DNA of 64,000 nucleotides from contig OY759729.1 of NCBI GenBank assembly GCA_963662585.1, forward strand, positions 960,001-1,024,000. Reading direction: 5' to 3'. A program made the translations under genes and the position numbers. This stretch comes from Candidatus Cloacimonadales bacterium (GTDB lineage Bacteria > Cloacimonadota > Cloacimonadia > Cloacimonadales > JAFGVF01). A model generated the notes under the pieces. The model ran no database searches, was not told the origin of the DNA, and saw only the letters and a list, made by a program, of their open reading frames with translations. Each line of letters opens with the position of its first letter. Positions within the stretch are counted from its first letter, which is position 1. Below, piece after piece: positions 1-9,270 of the stretch.

Positions 1-366
1 GTTTGGAATGATCAAGAATTAAGTAAAATGGCAGAAAGAGATGTTCCTTTTCACATGGCTTCAGATGGTGCTGGTCATGTTGGCTCAATGTACGGGGTTT
101 ATGACGAAGCAGCCGGAGTTGAATTTAGAGGAAGATTTATTATTGACCCAGATGGGATTGTTCAAGCTATGGAAGTTTTGACACCTCCAGTGGGAAGGAA
201 ATTAGAAGAGACTATTAGACAAATCCAAGCATATCAGCATGTAAGAAAAACTAAAGGTGCTGAAGTATGCCCTGCAGGTTGGGAGCCAGGAAAGAAAGTA
301 CTCAAACCAGGTCCAGCCTTAGTCGGAAATGTATGGAAAGAATGGAGTCCTTTAAAAGATCATTAA
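1..366 (+). CDS. prxU: Peroxiredoxin (AhpC/PrxU-like), 5'-truncated by window edge
   Basis: Frame open from base 1 (VWNDQELSKM...). Motifs RGRFIIDPDG, VLTPPVGR, RQIQAYQ, EVCPAGW, KPGPALVGNVWKEW resemble the PrxU subfamily; the peroxidatic residue lies upstream of the window. Confidence 0.8.
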   Translation, partial: VWNDQELSKMAERDVPFHMASDGAGHVGSMYGVYDEAAGVEFRGRFIIDPDGIVQAMEVLTPPVGRKLEETIRQIQAYQHVRKTKGAEVCPAGWEPGKKVLKPGPALVGNVWKEWSPLKDH

Positions 367-380
367 AAATAAATCTTGTT

Positions 381-411
381 AAGGGTAGCCTTAAAAAAGC
401 TACCCTTTTTT
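381..411 (+). terminator. Intrinsic terminator
   Basis: aagggtagc...gctaccctt stem plus T-run, between convergent genes. Confidence 0.85.
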
Positions 412-437
412 ATTATCTTAACTTGCTTGCAATATAA

Positions 438-1202
438 TTAATTCCATTTTTTGCTAAGTTCTTCTTTAAGTTCTTCATATTTATTTAAAAGAAAATTAAA
501 CTTTTCTTCTAACTCAGAAATATTCTTAACTTGTAAGGCTTCTTCTATTAACTTAAGGTCCTTTTGGGGATAATCACGATAGATATAACGGAGATTAAAA
601 TCTACTTTATGAGGTCTATGAATAATATTTAAAAGAATACCAATATGCCGAACAATAAAGCCATAATAAAGCGGAAAAGCTTCTGTAAATAAACCTCTCC
701 TAATTCCCTTTTTGATTTCCAAGATAGTTATAAAGTCTGTGGATGTTGCTATTTTATAGAACTTTTTGATTCTTTGCTCAAGATCAGACTCTTTAGATTC
801 AACAGGTTTCACAAACTTCTCTTTCTCAAACCAAATCTTTGCATAACCATGTCTGCTATTCTCTAAAAATTTATCTTCTAAGCTCTTCTTCATTACAGAG
901 ATGTCGAAATAAAAAAGATCAGGTACATTTTCAGCTTGATAAAAAGTTTGTGAGAATCCATGCCAGGTTGGTTCAGGTACACGAAATTTTCTTATTGTCT
1001 GATAATGCTCATTAATAAATTCATCCATTTCGTGAAAAGTAGCTTCAACGAAATCATCATTTACCACAATAACTAAGTCTAAATCAGAGTATTCATCGGC
1101 AAACCCAGTTGCCACAGAACCACCTTCCCAAACAGCTAAAACTTCTGGCTTTAGATATAAGAACTCTTTCAAATCACTGTAAATAGTCTCTCTTTTTTTC
1201 AT
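438..1202 (-). CDS. Nucleotidyltransferase-domain protein (Pol-beta superfamily)
   Basis: GGSVATG...DEYSDLDL motif; helical C-terminal domain; aaggag RBS. Confidence 0.75.
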   Translation of the reverse strand: MKKRETIYSDLKEFLYLKPEVLAVWEGGSVATGFADEYSDLDLVIVVNDDFVEATFHEMDEFINEHYQTIRKFRVPEPTWHGFSQTFYQAENVPDLFYFDISVMKKSLEDKFLENSRHGYAKIWFEKEKFVKPVESKESDLEQRIKKFYKIATSTDFITILEIKKGIRRGLFTEAFPLYYGFIVRHIGILLNIIHRPHKVDFNLRYIYRDYPQKDLKLIEEALQVKNISELEEKFNFLLNKYEELKEELSKKWN

Positions 1203-1241
1203 GGCTACTCCTTTATTTTTGTTAGTATATAGTTTAATAGT

Positions 1242-1270
1242 ATCTTATTTATATTTCATAAAAGTGTCAA
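1242..1270 (-). promoter_or_regulatory. Putative sigma70 promoter
   Basis: TTGACA-N17-TAAGAT on minus strand upstream of 1202. Confidence 0.55.
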
Positions 1271-1488
1271 TAATTATATTCAGAGTATAATACTTTTTTC
1301 TTACATTCTATATAATTACTGTTTCTGATTCAATAACTACTGATATGAAAAAATTCCTAAAAATTTGTGATAATACTTGCTTCTTGAAGTCAGATGATAC
1401 AATAGAAGAGACAGGGAAATTAGAAAATTAAAAAAAATCTTGCCAATAATGTAATAGCTGATATTTAAGATTCTTATAGGAGAACAAT

Positions 1489-2103
1489 ATGGAAAATAGA
1501 TTTCAAAGAATTAAAAAAATTAGAACAAGATTTTCGAAAGTAGTAGCAATTTTAGTTATAATTGCTTTTATTTTTGGTAAACAGATATTTGAGTTAAGTA
1601 GTTTAACAGAGAGTATAGTCAACATAGTAGCCCTCTTACTTGTAACAGTAGGGACATTGGGTAGAGTATGGTGTGCCTTTTATATTTCTGGATTTAAAAA
1701 TAAGAAAGTTGTAACTGATGGACCTTATTCCACCAGCAGAAACCCCCTCTACTTATATAGTTTAATAGGTGCAATAGGTATTGGTTTAGTTTCTCACTCA
1801 TTAGCAGTCTTATCCTTTATAATTATTGCTTTTGCTATCTATTATCCCTTTGTGATTGTTGGTGAAGAGAGGAAATTAGCTTCTATTCTAGGTAAAGACT
1901 ATCAAGATTATAGCAAGAGAGTACCTCGTTTTTTCCCTAAAATGAAATTATTTACTCAGCCTGCTGAATATACTGTTAAACCAAAAGTGTTTTATAAAGA
2001 TTTAAGAGATTGTACTATGTTTATCGTAACATATTGTGTAATAATACTAATTAATGCTTTGAAAGTAAATGAGATAATACCAACTTATTTTAATATCTTT
2101 TAG
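1489..2103 (+). CDS. Isoprenylcysteine carboxylmethyltransferase/PEMT family membrane protein
   Basis: TM helices, VVTDGPYSTSRNPLY and EERKL...G..Y..Y...VPRF motifs; aggag RBS. Confidence 0.85.
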   Translation: MENRFQRIKKIRTRFSKVVAILVIIAFIFGKQIFELSSLTESIVNIVALLLVTVGTLGRVWCAFYISGFKNKKVVTDGPYSTSRNPLYLYSLIGAIGIGLVSHSLAVLSFIIIAFAIYYPFVIVGEERKLASILGKDYQDYSKRVPRFFPKMKLFTQPAEYTVKPKVFYKDLRDCTMFIVTYCVIILINALKVNEIIPTYFNIF

Positions 2104-2190
2104 CATTTAAATCCTGCAAGAATGATGATTTCAGAGGCAGTGTTCCAAGACACTGCTTCAGATTGGTAGTAAAGTAAACTAGCCTTAGTT
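2101..2190 (-). repeat. Diverged single copy of the tandem-array hairpin module
   Basis: Minus strand ctaaggctagttt...gcagtgtcttggaacactgc...caggatttaaatgcta aligns with array ctagggctatttt...ggagtgtcttgcgaacactcc...cgggatttaagattgcta. Confidence 0.6.
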
Positions 2191-2237
2191 TTGGATATCT
2201 TTTAACAAGAAGAAATCTCTAATAGACTTATTCAAAA

Positions 2238-3131
2238 TCAAAGATTTGCCAAATTGCATAGTTTCCTAAAATTACAGAATGAGCATACTATATACTTATC
2301 TGTTTTGGGAAATTTAGCTTTCAACAGAGGTATATTATCCTTAACATTTGTACAATAAGAGTACATTTCATTGCTTTCATCGGAAACAACTTGATAAAAG
2401 TTATTTAATTCTTCCCTCGAGAAAGCTTCTCCTATTTCTTGATAATTGGGGAGTAGAAAAGTTAGGATGGGATTTATCTTTTCCTCTTGTAACTGAAAAG
2501 TATCTCTAGCCCATAAGGTATAGGCTAACATTTGTTTCCTATGTTTTTCAGCTGAGTAATTCCCTGATTTCCAATCTAGAATATAATATTCATCCTTGCA
2601 AGGGAAGAAGAAATCAACTTTGCAATAAGCTTTTAGATCATTAAACCTTGTTTCACCATAACCACCAGGCTCAATAATCCATTCTTTTTTAGAATCAATG
2701 GCATTATTTATGAGCCAGGCAAACCTATTACTATTAAACAGATTAATTATAGTTTGTTTTATATCAATAAAGAGCTCTTCCAAATCAATTTTTTCTTGTT
2801 CTTGATAATAAATCTCAGCAAAGACCTTTCTATTACAAAAGCTTTTTATCATATTGTAGATGTGAGTAAAGAGTTTTACCTTATCAATGGGAGCTGATGT
2901 TTTGGTATATCTGATGAGAATATCTCTGATTATGTCATGAATAATATTCCCTTTTTCCAGAGGAATGGAGGTTAATTTCTTCAGATAATTTATTTCATCA
3001 AGAGGAACTTCGCTATCATATTTTCCATAATAATTATAGAAATATGCTCTTTTGCAACTTTGAAAAGTCTCATATCTGCTTACAGACCATCCTAAAATTG
3101 GCGTAAAACTATAATTAGGAAGAATTTTCAT
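2238..3131 (-). CDS. PD-(D/E)XK nuclease, Cas4/AddB-like with putative Fe-S cysteines
   Basis: WSVSRYETFQSC, GNIIH, KVDF...ILDWKSG, QMLAY, C-terminal CSFCNFRKLC. Confidence 0.8.
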   Translation of the reverse strand: MKILPNYSFTPILGWSVSRYETFQSCKRAYFYNYYGKYDSEVPLDEINYLKKLTSIPLEKGNIIHDIIRDILIRYTKTSAPIDKVKLFTHIYNMIKSFCNRKVFAEIYYQEQEKIDLEELFIDIKQTIINLFNSNRFAWLINNAIDSKKEWIIEPGGYGETRFNDLKAYCKVDFFFPCKDEYYILDWKSGNYSAEKHRKQMLAYTLWARDTFQLQEEKINPILTFLLPNYQEIGEAFSREELNNFYQVVSDESNEMYSYCTNVKDNIPLLKAKFPKTDKYIVCSFCNFRKLCNLANL

Positions 3132-3147
3132 CTAAGTGGATGAGAAT

Positions 3148-3801
3148 TTACTTTTTAGAAATAGCATTCATAAGAAGTTCTAAGAAAGAGTAGTACCACT
3201 TACGATTTACTTCTTCACTATTATCCTCTTCAATAACAGATTTCCTGCGATAAACAGCTGCAGAAGCTACCGCTCTTAAAGCATAAATTATTTGTGAATA
3301 GAGATAATTTGGGTCTAAATCTTCTTTAATTGTGTTATCAGCAATACCTTCTTTGATAGAATCAACAACTATCATATATCCATCTACATTGATTTTTTGG
3401 AACTTCTCCATTAAAGCTGGATCTATCTTTTCAGGATTAATTGGACGATAATCTAAGTATTGTTGATGATAGAGAATTTCAGGATTGTTTTTGTAAAATT
3501 CATAATAAGCCTTACCAAACATCTCTATTTTAGCAAGTCCAGTCTTAGCTTTTCCCATCTCATTTTTAAGGAATTCATAGCGTTGCTGTAAGCCGACACA
3601 ATAAACTTCCATATATAAATCTTCTTTGCTTTTTATGTATGAATAGAGAGTAGCTTTTGTATAGTCGGCTTTTTTAGCGACTTCATTTAAGGTAACATTC
3701 TCATAACCTATTTTATAAAACAGTTTTTGGGCTACCTCAATAATGAATTCTCTTCTTAATTGATACTCTAATTCTTTTCGTTTATTTCTAAATTCACTCA
3801 T
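3148..3801 (-). CDS. TetR/AcrR family regulator
   Basis: AQKLFYKIGYENVTLNEVAKKADYTKATLYSYIKSKEDL HTH. Confidence 0.9.
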   Translation of the reverse strand: MSEFRNKRKELEYQLRREFIIEVAQKLFYKIGYENVTLNEVAKKADYTKATLYSYIKSKEDLYMEVYCVGLQQRYEFLKNEMGKAKTGLAKIEMFGKAYYEFYKNNPEILYHQQYLDYRPINPEKIDPALMEKFQKINVDGYMIVVDSIKEGIADNTIKEDLDPNYLYSQIIYALRAVASAAVYRRKSVIEEDNSEEVNRKWYYSFLELLMNAISKK

Positions 3802-4086
3802 ATATTTACCTTATTAATCTTTATTTTTTCTTTGTACCAATATAATTAACTCTTGTATTTTGTCAAAGAAATAATACCATTGGTAGAATTTATTTTTTTA
3901 GAATTATGCAATTGAGACTTAAAATTGAACTATCTAGTTGGTATAATATGTAAATAAGAATTCTATTCTATAATCCCAGAGAGAATCTTAGTGAATCTCC
4001 TTAAAGAAATCCCTTGAGAAATCAAGAGTAGAGATTCACCTTGAGTTACTACTTTCTTCAGGTTTTTATAATTGCTTCTTACAATG

Positions 4087-4111
4087 AAAAGAAGGGGAGC
4101 AAATGCTCCCC
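4087..4111 (-). terminator. Intrinsic terminator after ovoA
   Basis: ggggagc/gctcccc stem followed by T-rich run on minus strand. Confidence 0.8.
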
Positions 4112-4119
4112 CGATATAT

Positions 4120-6216
4120 CTATCTTATCTGCCACAAAGTAACCGAGGCTACTTTTAACAGCATATGATGTCTGTTTTTATAAATAAGATAAGGAATTTC
4201 TACCGAATTACCAATTTTATTAAATCTTTTTTCTAAGATTCTCTCGATAGTGGTTTCAGATTCTACGACCTCACCATCTTCGCCCCTATATCCACCTAGC
4301 CACTTCTCTTGCGAAGATAATTCTTCAGACCAATCAGCAGTATGAGCGATTAAAAGAATTCCATCTTTATTCAAGCGGGTATGGATAATTTCCAAGAATT
4401 TCCTTGGATCGTAAGCTTTATGAAGCATAACCTCAGAGATAATCAAATCATAGCTATTAAATTTTTCTAGGAGATTAGAAGCATCACCTTGATAGAAGGC
4501 TATCTTCTCAGTAGTATCTTTTAAGTTAAAGTTACTTAAGTACTTTTCATTATAGATAACATTATCTCCTTCATCTACAGTAATATAGTGGTTATGGCCT
4601 TTTACTTGCATTTCAACAGCAAGTTTAAAAACTCGGGCCGAGAAATCAATACCTTCGACAAAGTCAAAATCTTTAGCTAATTCAAAGACTGTTCTACCTG
4701 CTCCGCAACCAATAACCATGGCTTTCTTATGATTCTTAATCAAGGGTAAAACCTTCTCAAGTAATTGAGTAGATAAATTCTTAATCCCAAATCTTTCCTC
4801 GCCCCAACTTCTTTCACATTCTTCCACTACAGAAGAATCTTCTTCATAAATGGTATTAAACACTTTTACAGGTTCTTTACTCTGAATATAACGAAATCCT
4901 GCATGTTGATAAAAGTGCCTTCTAAAAGCATAACGAGATTGAGGATTGGCTAGATTACCAGTAGAAATCCAAGAACCACCCTTAATTAAGTTATGCTGTC
5001 CATCATAAGTAGGAGTTGTGAAATCATCATAAAGAGGATGAACTTTAAATCCCTTGAATGGGTATATAGGAACTTCAGTCCATTGCCATACATTGCCAAT
5101 AATATCATATAAGGAGTCAAACCTGAATTTATTAACTGGACATGAGGATGCCCAGTGGTTTAGATTAATATTTCCTGCTATTACTTCAGTTTCTTGAAAA
5201 GAAGGTACTTGGCAAATCTTGAACATCTGATACCATTCATCTTCTGAAGGTAAACGATACTCTTTCCCTTCTTCTTTAGATTTCCAATTACAGAAAGCTT
5301 TAGCCTCTAAATAATTAACTTCCACAGGCCAGCTCCATGGCATCTCTATGATTTCTGTCAAGTTGCGTTGATACCATTTACCATCTTTCTTAAGCCAGAA
5401 TCGTGGATATTCAGCTTTAAGGTAACTTACCCAGCCCCATCCTTCCTCTGTCCAAAACTCTTGTTTAGAATAACCATCTGCTTCAACAAAACTTAAGAAT
5501 TCTTGATTAGATACCAAGAATTTACTTACTTTCATATTTTGCACTTCTGCTTGATGAACTCCGTACTCGTTATCCCAGCCATAATAAGAGTTTTCGTAAT
5601 CTTTACCAATTGTTATGCAACCACCAAGAACATTGATTATTTCATTTTTGGGAGCAGGAGGAAACTCTTGGCAAGAAGGAAAATTTGAATTTGAAGTAAC
5701 TTCAGTAATGGGAAGCTGTCTAATCAATACTGATGATGTTTCAATATGAATTCTCATGTGTTCGATACCCATAATTATAGGCCACCAGGGAGAATGCCAA
5801 TCTATTGGAAGTTCTAAAGGTAAAGTTTCAATTAACTTTAAAACTAACTCTTTTACTTGATGCCTAAATTTAGTAATTTCGCTTACTGTTGGCCAATCAT
5901 AATGGGCCTCATTAAGATCATCCCAAGACATTTCATCAACACCTATAGCACACATAGATTCGATAAGTGGATTAATGCGTTCTTTGATTAGTCCTGCTAA
6001 AATAAGCTTATTTATATAAAAAGCTGAGGTATGACCATAATAGAAGATTATAGGATGACGGAGTGGATCTGCTCTAAGGTAAAAAGATTCATCTCGACTT
6101 AAAGTTTTATATAACTCTTCTTCTACTTCATAGGTATTAACAAAATAGCTTTTAATTTCTTCTCTAATAGAGCCATCACCAACCACTCTTAGATTTAGTG
6201 TTTTTAAATTTTTCAT
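4120..6216 (-). CDS. ovoA: 5-histidylcysteine sulfoxide synthase/methyltransferase (ovothiol synthase)
   Basis: LRHPIIFYYGHT, GVDEMSWDDL, EHMRIHIETSSVLIRQ (HxxxHxE), FGE-like domain with YGWDNEYG and HPLYDDF, RRHFYQHAGFR, C-terminal SAM methyltransferase (GCGAGR). Confidence 0.92.
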   Translation of the reverse strand: MKNLKTLNLRVVGDGSIREEIKSYFVNTYEVEEELYKTLSRDESFYLRADPLRHPIIFYYGHTSAFYINKLILAGLIKERINPLIESMCAIGVDEMSWDDLNEAHYDWPTVSEITKFRHQVKELVLKLIETLPLELPIDWHSPWWPIIMGIEHMRIHIETSSVLIRQLPITEVTSNSNFPSCQEFPPAPKNEIINVLGGCITIGKDYENSYYGWDNEYGVHQAEVQNMKVSKFLVSNQEFLSFVEADGYSKQEFWTEEGWGWVSYLKAEYPRFWLKKDGKWYQRNLTEIIEMPWSWPVEVNYLEAKAFCNWKSKEEGKEYRLPSEDEWYQMFKICQVPSFQETEVIAGNINLNHWASSCPVNKFRFDSLYDIIGNVWQWTEVPIYPFKGFKVHPLYDDFTTPTYDGQHNLIKGGSWISTGNLANPQSRYAFRRHFYQHAGFRYIQSKEPVKVFNTIYEEDSSVVEECERSWGEERFGIKNLSTQLLEKVLPLIKNHKKAMVIGCGAGRTVFELAKDFDFVEGIDFSARVFKLAVEMQVKGHNHYITVDEGDNVIYNEKYLSNFNLKDTTEKIAFYQGDASNLLEKFNSYDLIISEVMLHKAYDPRKFLEIIHTRLNKDGILLIAHTADWSEELSSQEKWLGGYRGEDGEVVESETTIERILEKRFNKIGNSVEIPYLIYKNRHHMLLKVASVTLWQIR

Positions 6217-6228
6217 ATTTTTTACCTT

Positions 6229-9090
6229 CTAATTAATAATAACCTTCGGACGAGTAACTCCAGCTCTAATTTGAGTAGTAGGATTAAGTAAACAATTCCG
6301 TCCGATATTCTCTTTCACTACTTTTATGAGATCTGGGTCCAAATTAAATGTTCCAAATCCATTCATCACTATGATAGGATAGGGAATGTCTTCATTACCG
6401 GTTAAAGCAACTCCAATCTCTTTACCCAAAAACTTAATTACATCACTCATTTCTATTCCTGCAATTATTAATCCAGAAATCTTTTGTTTTTCTAAATAAT
6501 TTAAATCGTCTAAAGTAACATTGTTATCAAAAACTACAATCTTACCCTCAATTAAAGAGTTATCATAGATATCTTTTAGATAAATCAAATCACCATAATT
6601 TCCTTTTCCAAAACCAATTACACCTTGATATTCAGTAGCTTCATATTCAACATTTATACTCTCACCCTCATTTACATTCAAAACTTGGCAATTTAACTGA
6701 GCTTGATAATTTACAGGTTTTTTAATGTATTGAATAGTAACTTCACCTCTTTCATAGTCAATATTAGTAACATAACCGGTATTAGGAGCTCTGACAATTC
6801 TATTGATGCTATCTTTAGCTAAATGAACCATATTCACTAGGTTTTGGTCTTCAAAAACAAATTCACCAAGTTGGACTATTAATTTACTCCTCAAGGAATT
6901 TGGTTTCTTGTTAATTAATTTAGCAACTGCTACTTTCATTGGTCTTTCATGATAATCTTGAAGTTCTCTTACAATTATAGTACCTGTTTCATAATTAATC
7001 ATCTTTATAATTCCCCTAATAGGTGAATGAGCAATATCGATTAACTTTTGGTCATATTTTATAACATCCCCTACACCAACTAGCATCTCACTTCTGATAT
7101 CAATCTTACCAAAATTTGAACCTAACAGTTTCGCTAGACTTATAATATAAATCTTAGGAAACAAGTGATTATTGACTCCATAAATAGAATGAGGTTCAAG
7201 AGTATCGCCAGCATTAACAAGAATATCTCCTTGATAGGGAAGTTTAACTTCTTTAGTGAATTTTCCAGTGCTTTTACTGTAATGTTTTGAAACTCCCATA
7301 ATCTTCTTAGATTCTAGATCATCAAAGAGAGAATTAGAATCAAAGTTATATAAATTTAGAGCTTCAATTAATTTGGTATTATCAATCTTTCTATTAGGAT
7401 AAGTAGTAATTATCAAAGCTTTATCAGTTTCAAAGCTAGTTGTCTCTTCCACATCTTTAATCAGGGCATATTTGGTTAATTTAATTGTCACTTTAGTTAA
7501 TTCTTTAATCTCAATATATTTAATCTCATTAATCATCAAATTATATATATCATTTCCTACTTCAACTGTCATTACAAGCCTATCTTCCTTTTTAGTATCA
7601 ATATAAGGATTAATTACTGTGCCAAGATTTTCGAAACACTCACTAATTAATAGAGAATAAGCTTGTTCTTTATTATGTTCACTCAAAGCTCCTAGATGGG
7701 GTGAAATGAAATGCTTGTCACGCCAAATCTGAGTTATACCTTCTACATAAAAACCTTGCATAACAATATAAAGGGCTTGAAGAGCTTTCTTTACATGGGA
7801 AATTACTCCACCAGCTCCGATAACTATATTAATATCAGAATGATGAAATTTTCCTGCCTCAGCAACTTTTTCTTGATACATTTGGTCATAGAAAGGATCT
7901 CTAAATCTTGATTTCACACTCTCTAAAAAGCCAACCTTAGAAGTATTTAGATGCATCTCATAATGCTGTTCTAAAGATAATCTCAAAGCTAAGATAGCTA
8001 CAGCTTGTTCGACTGCTATTTCAGCATCATTATCAGGCACAAAACCTGGATTTAACATCTTGTTTCCTATATAATTTCTCACATATTTTTCATTAAGACT
8101 TGAAGGAAGTAATTCTGATAAAGCTGAAAATCCTGCATTTGCTATTACATTTGAGATACTATAACTCATTCCATAATTTGCACTTACTGTCCTGTACAAT
8201 CTATCATTAATTACTGAAAATATATCAGTGGTAGCTCCACCAATATCAACTGTAAGAATTGAAGAAGAATTTTTAGATTTTAACAGATTCATAACTTTAA
8301 GTACAGATAATGGTGTAGGTAAAATATCTCCATCAGTAATTTGCTTTAATTGAGCATAACCAGGTGCATCTTCCATAACACTATGTAAAAAGAGCTCGTG
8401 AATTTTCTTGCTAACTGGCTCTAAAACTTCCACTTCCATAGTTGGTCTAATATTAGGTAAAAGTGATAAATCATAATGATTAGTAAAAAGAGTTTTCATA
8501 AAATCTTGAGCTTCAATGTTTCCTGCGTAAACCAGAGGAATTTTCTTGTCAGTAATAAACTTAGGAGAAGGCACACCAAGTGAAAGTATCTCTGCTAATC
8601 TAACAACTCCAGTAAAAGCCCCACCATCGGTTCCTCCAGAAAAAAGGATGATATCAGGATGTGAATTATTTATTAATTGAAGTTGTTCATAGGTAGTTCT
8701 TAAATCATTAATCGCCAGAGTATTTAGGAGAACACCACCGGCACCAAAAGCAGCTCTTTCAGCACTCTTAGCAGAATCAAACAGAGTTAATCCCACAACC
8801 AAAATCTGAAGTCCACCACCTGCTGAAGAGGTTGTTAAGTAAGATACATCAGGAAGAAATTTCAGCTTATTTTCTTGTGATTCAGCTGTTAAAAAACTCT
8901 CTTTAGTTATTTTCTCTAACTCCTTTATAGATTGATAAACCCCAATTTTAACATCTTCATAGGGAGTTTCAACAGTAGTAATAGCATTTGATAAACCTTT
9001 CAAAACATATTCCTCATCTTCCCTACAAAGATAAATTGCTTTAGTAGTAGTACTTCCAATATCAGTAATTACTAATCTATTCTTTAGCAT
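6229..9090 (-). CDS. GlmL/MutL (glutamate mutase L)-family ATPase fused to uncharacterised ~345-aa C-terminal domain
   Basis: DIGSTTTKA, TSSAGGGL, SAERAAFGAG, SGGTDGG, VDIGGATTDIFS, RTVSANYGMSYS; C-terminal region ends GVALTGNEDIP...GFG...TQIRAGVTRP. Confidence 0.8.
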   Translation of the reverse strand: MLKNRLVITDIGSTTTKAIYLCREDEEYVLKGLSNAITTVETPYEDVKIGVYQSIKELEKITKESFLTAESQENKLKFLPDVSYLTTSSAGGGLQILVVGLTLFDSAKSAERAAFGAGGVLLNTLAINDLRTTYEQLQLINNSHPDIILFSGGTDGGAFTGVVRLAEILSLGVPSPKFITDKKIPLVYAGNIEAQDFMKTLFTNHYDLSLLPNIRPTMEVEVLEPVSKKIHELFLHSVMEDAPGYAQLKQITDGDILPTPLSVLKVMNLLKSKNSSSILTVDIGGATTDIFSVINDRLYRTVSANYGMSYSISNVIANAGFSALSELLPSSLNEKYVRNYIGNKMLNPGFVPDNDAEIAVEQAVAILALRLSLEQHYEMHLNTSKVGFLESVKSRFRDPFYDQMYQEKVAEAGKFHHSDINIVIGAGGVISHVKKALQALYIVMQGFYVEGITQIWRDKHFISPHLGALSEHNKEQAYSLLISECFENLGTVINPYIDTKKEDRLVMTVEVGNDIYNLMINEIKYIEIKELTKVTIKLTKYALIKDVEETTSFETDKALIITTYPNRKIDNTKLIEALNLYNFDSNSLFDDLESKKIMGVSKHYSKSTGKFTKEVKLPYQGDILVNAGDTLEPHSIYGVNNHLFPKIYIISLAKLLGSNFGKIDIRSEMLVGVGDVIKYDQKLIDIAHSPIRGIIKMINYETGTIIVRELQDYHERPMKVAVAKLINKKPNSLRSKLIVQLGEFVFEDQNLVNMVHLAKDSINRIVRAPNTGYVTNIDYERGEVTIQYIKKPVNYQAQLNCQVLNVNEGESINVEYEATEYQGVIGFGKGNYGDLIYLKDIYDNSLIEGKIVVFDNNVTLDDLNYLEKQKISGLIIAGIEMSDVIKFLGKEIGVALTGNEDIPYPIIVMNGFGTFNLDPDLIKVVKENIGRNCLLNPTTQIRAGVTRPKVIIN

Positions 9091-9213
9091 TAAGCCTCCA
9101 ATTTTAAATTCAACTATTTATATAACATATTAAATTGTAAATTATATTATCGTCAATCTTTTTTTTATTTCCTCCTAAATTGCTTCATTTAAATAAGTTA
9201 AATTAAAAAAATA

Positions 9214-9241
9214 TTGACACCTAATAAGAGAAGACTATAAT
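9214..9241 (+). promoter_or_regulatory. Consensus sigma70 promoter
   Basis: TTGACA (9214-9219)-N16-TATAAT (9236-9241). Confidence 0.7.
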
Positions 9242-9270
9242 TTGAATTGACTGAAATTAGGAGACTATCA

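Noticed and set aside
4120..6216. Selenoxide synthase (SenA/OvsA) call
   Set aside because: No senB/senC neighbours in the window and OvoA-type Tyr motif and methyltransferase are retained; not excluded without a phylogeny.
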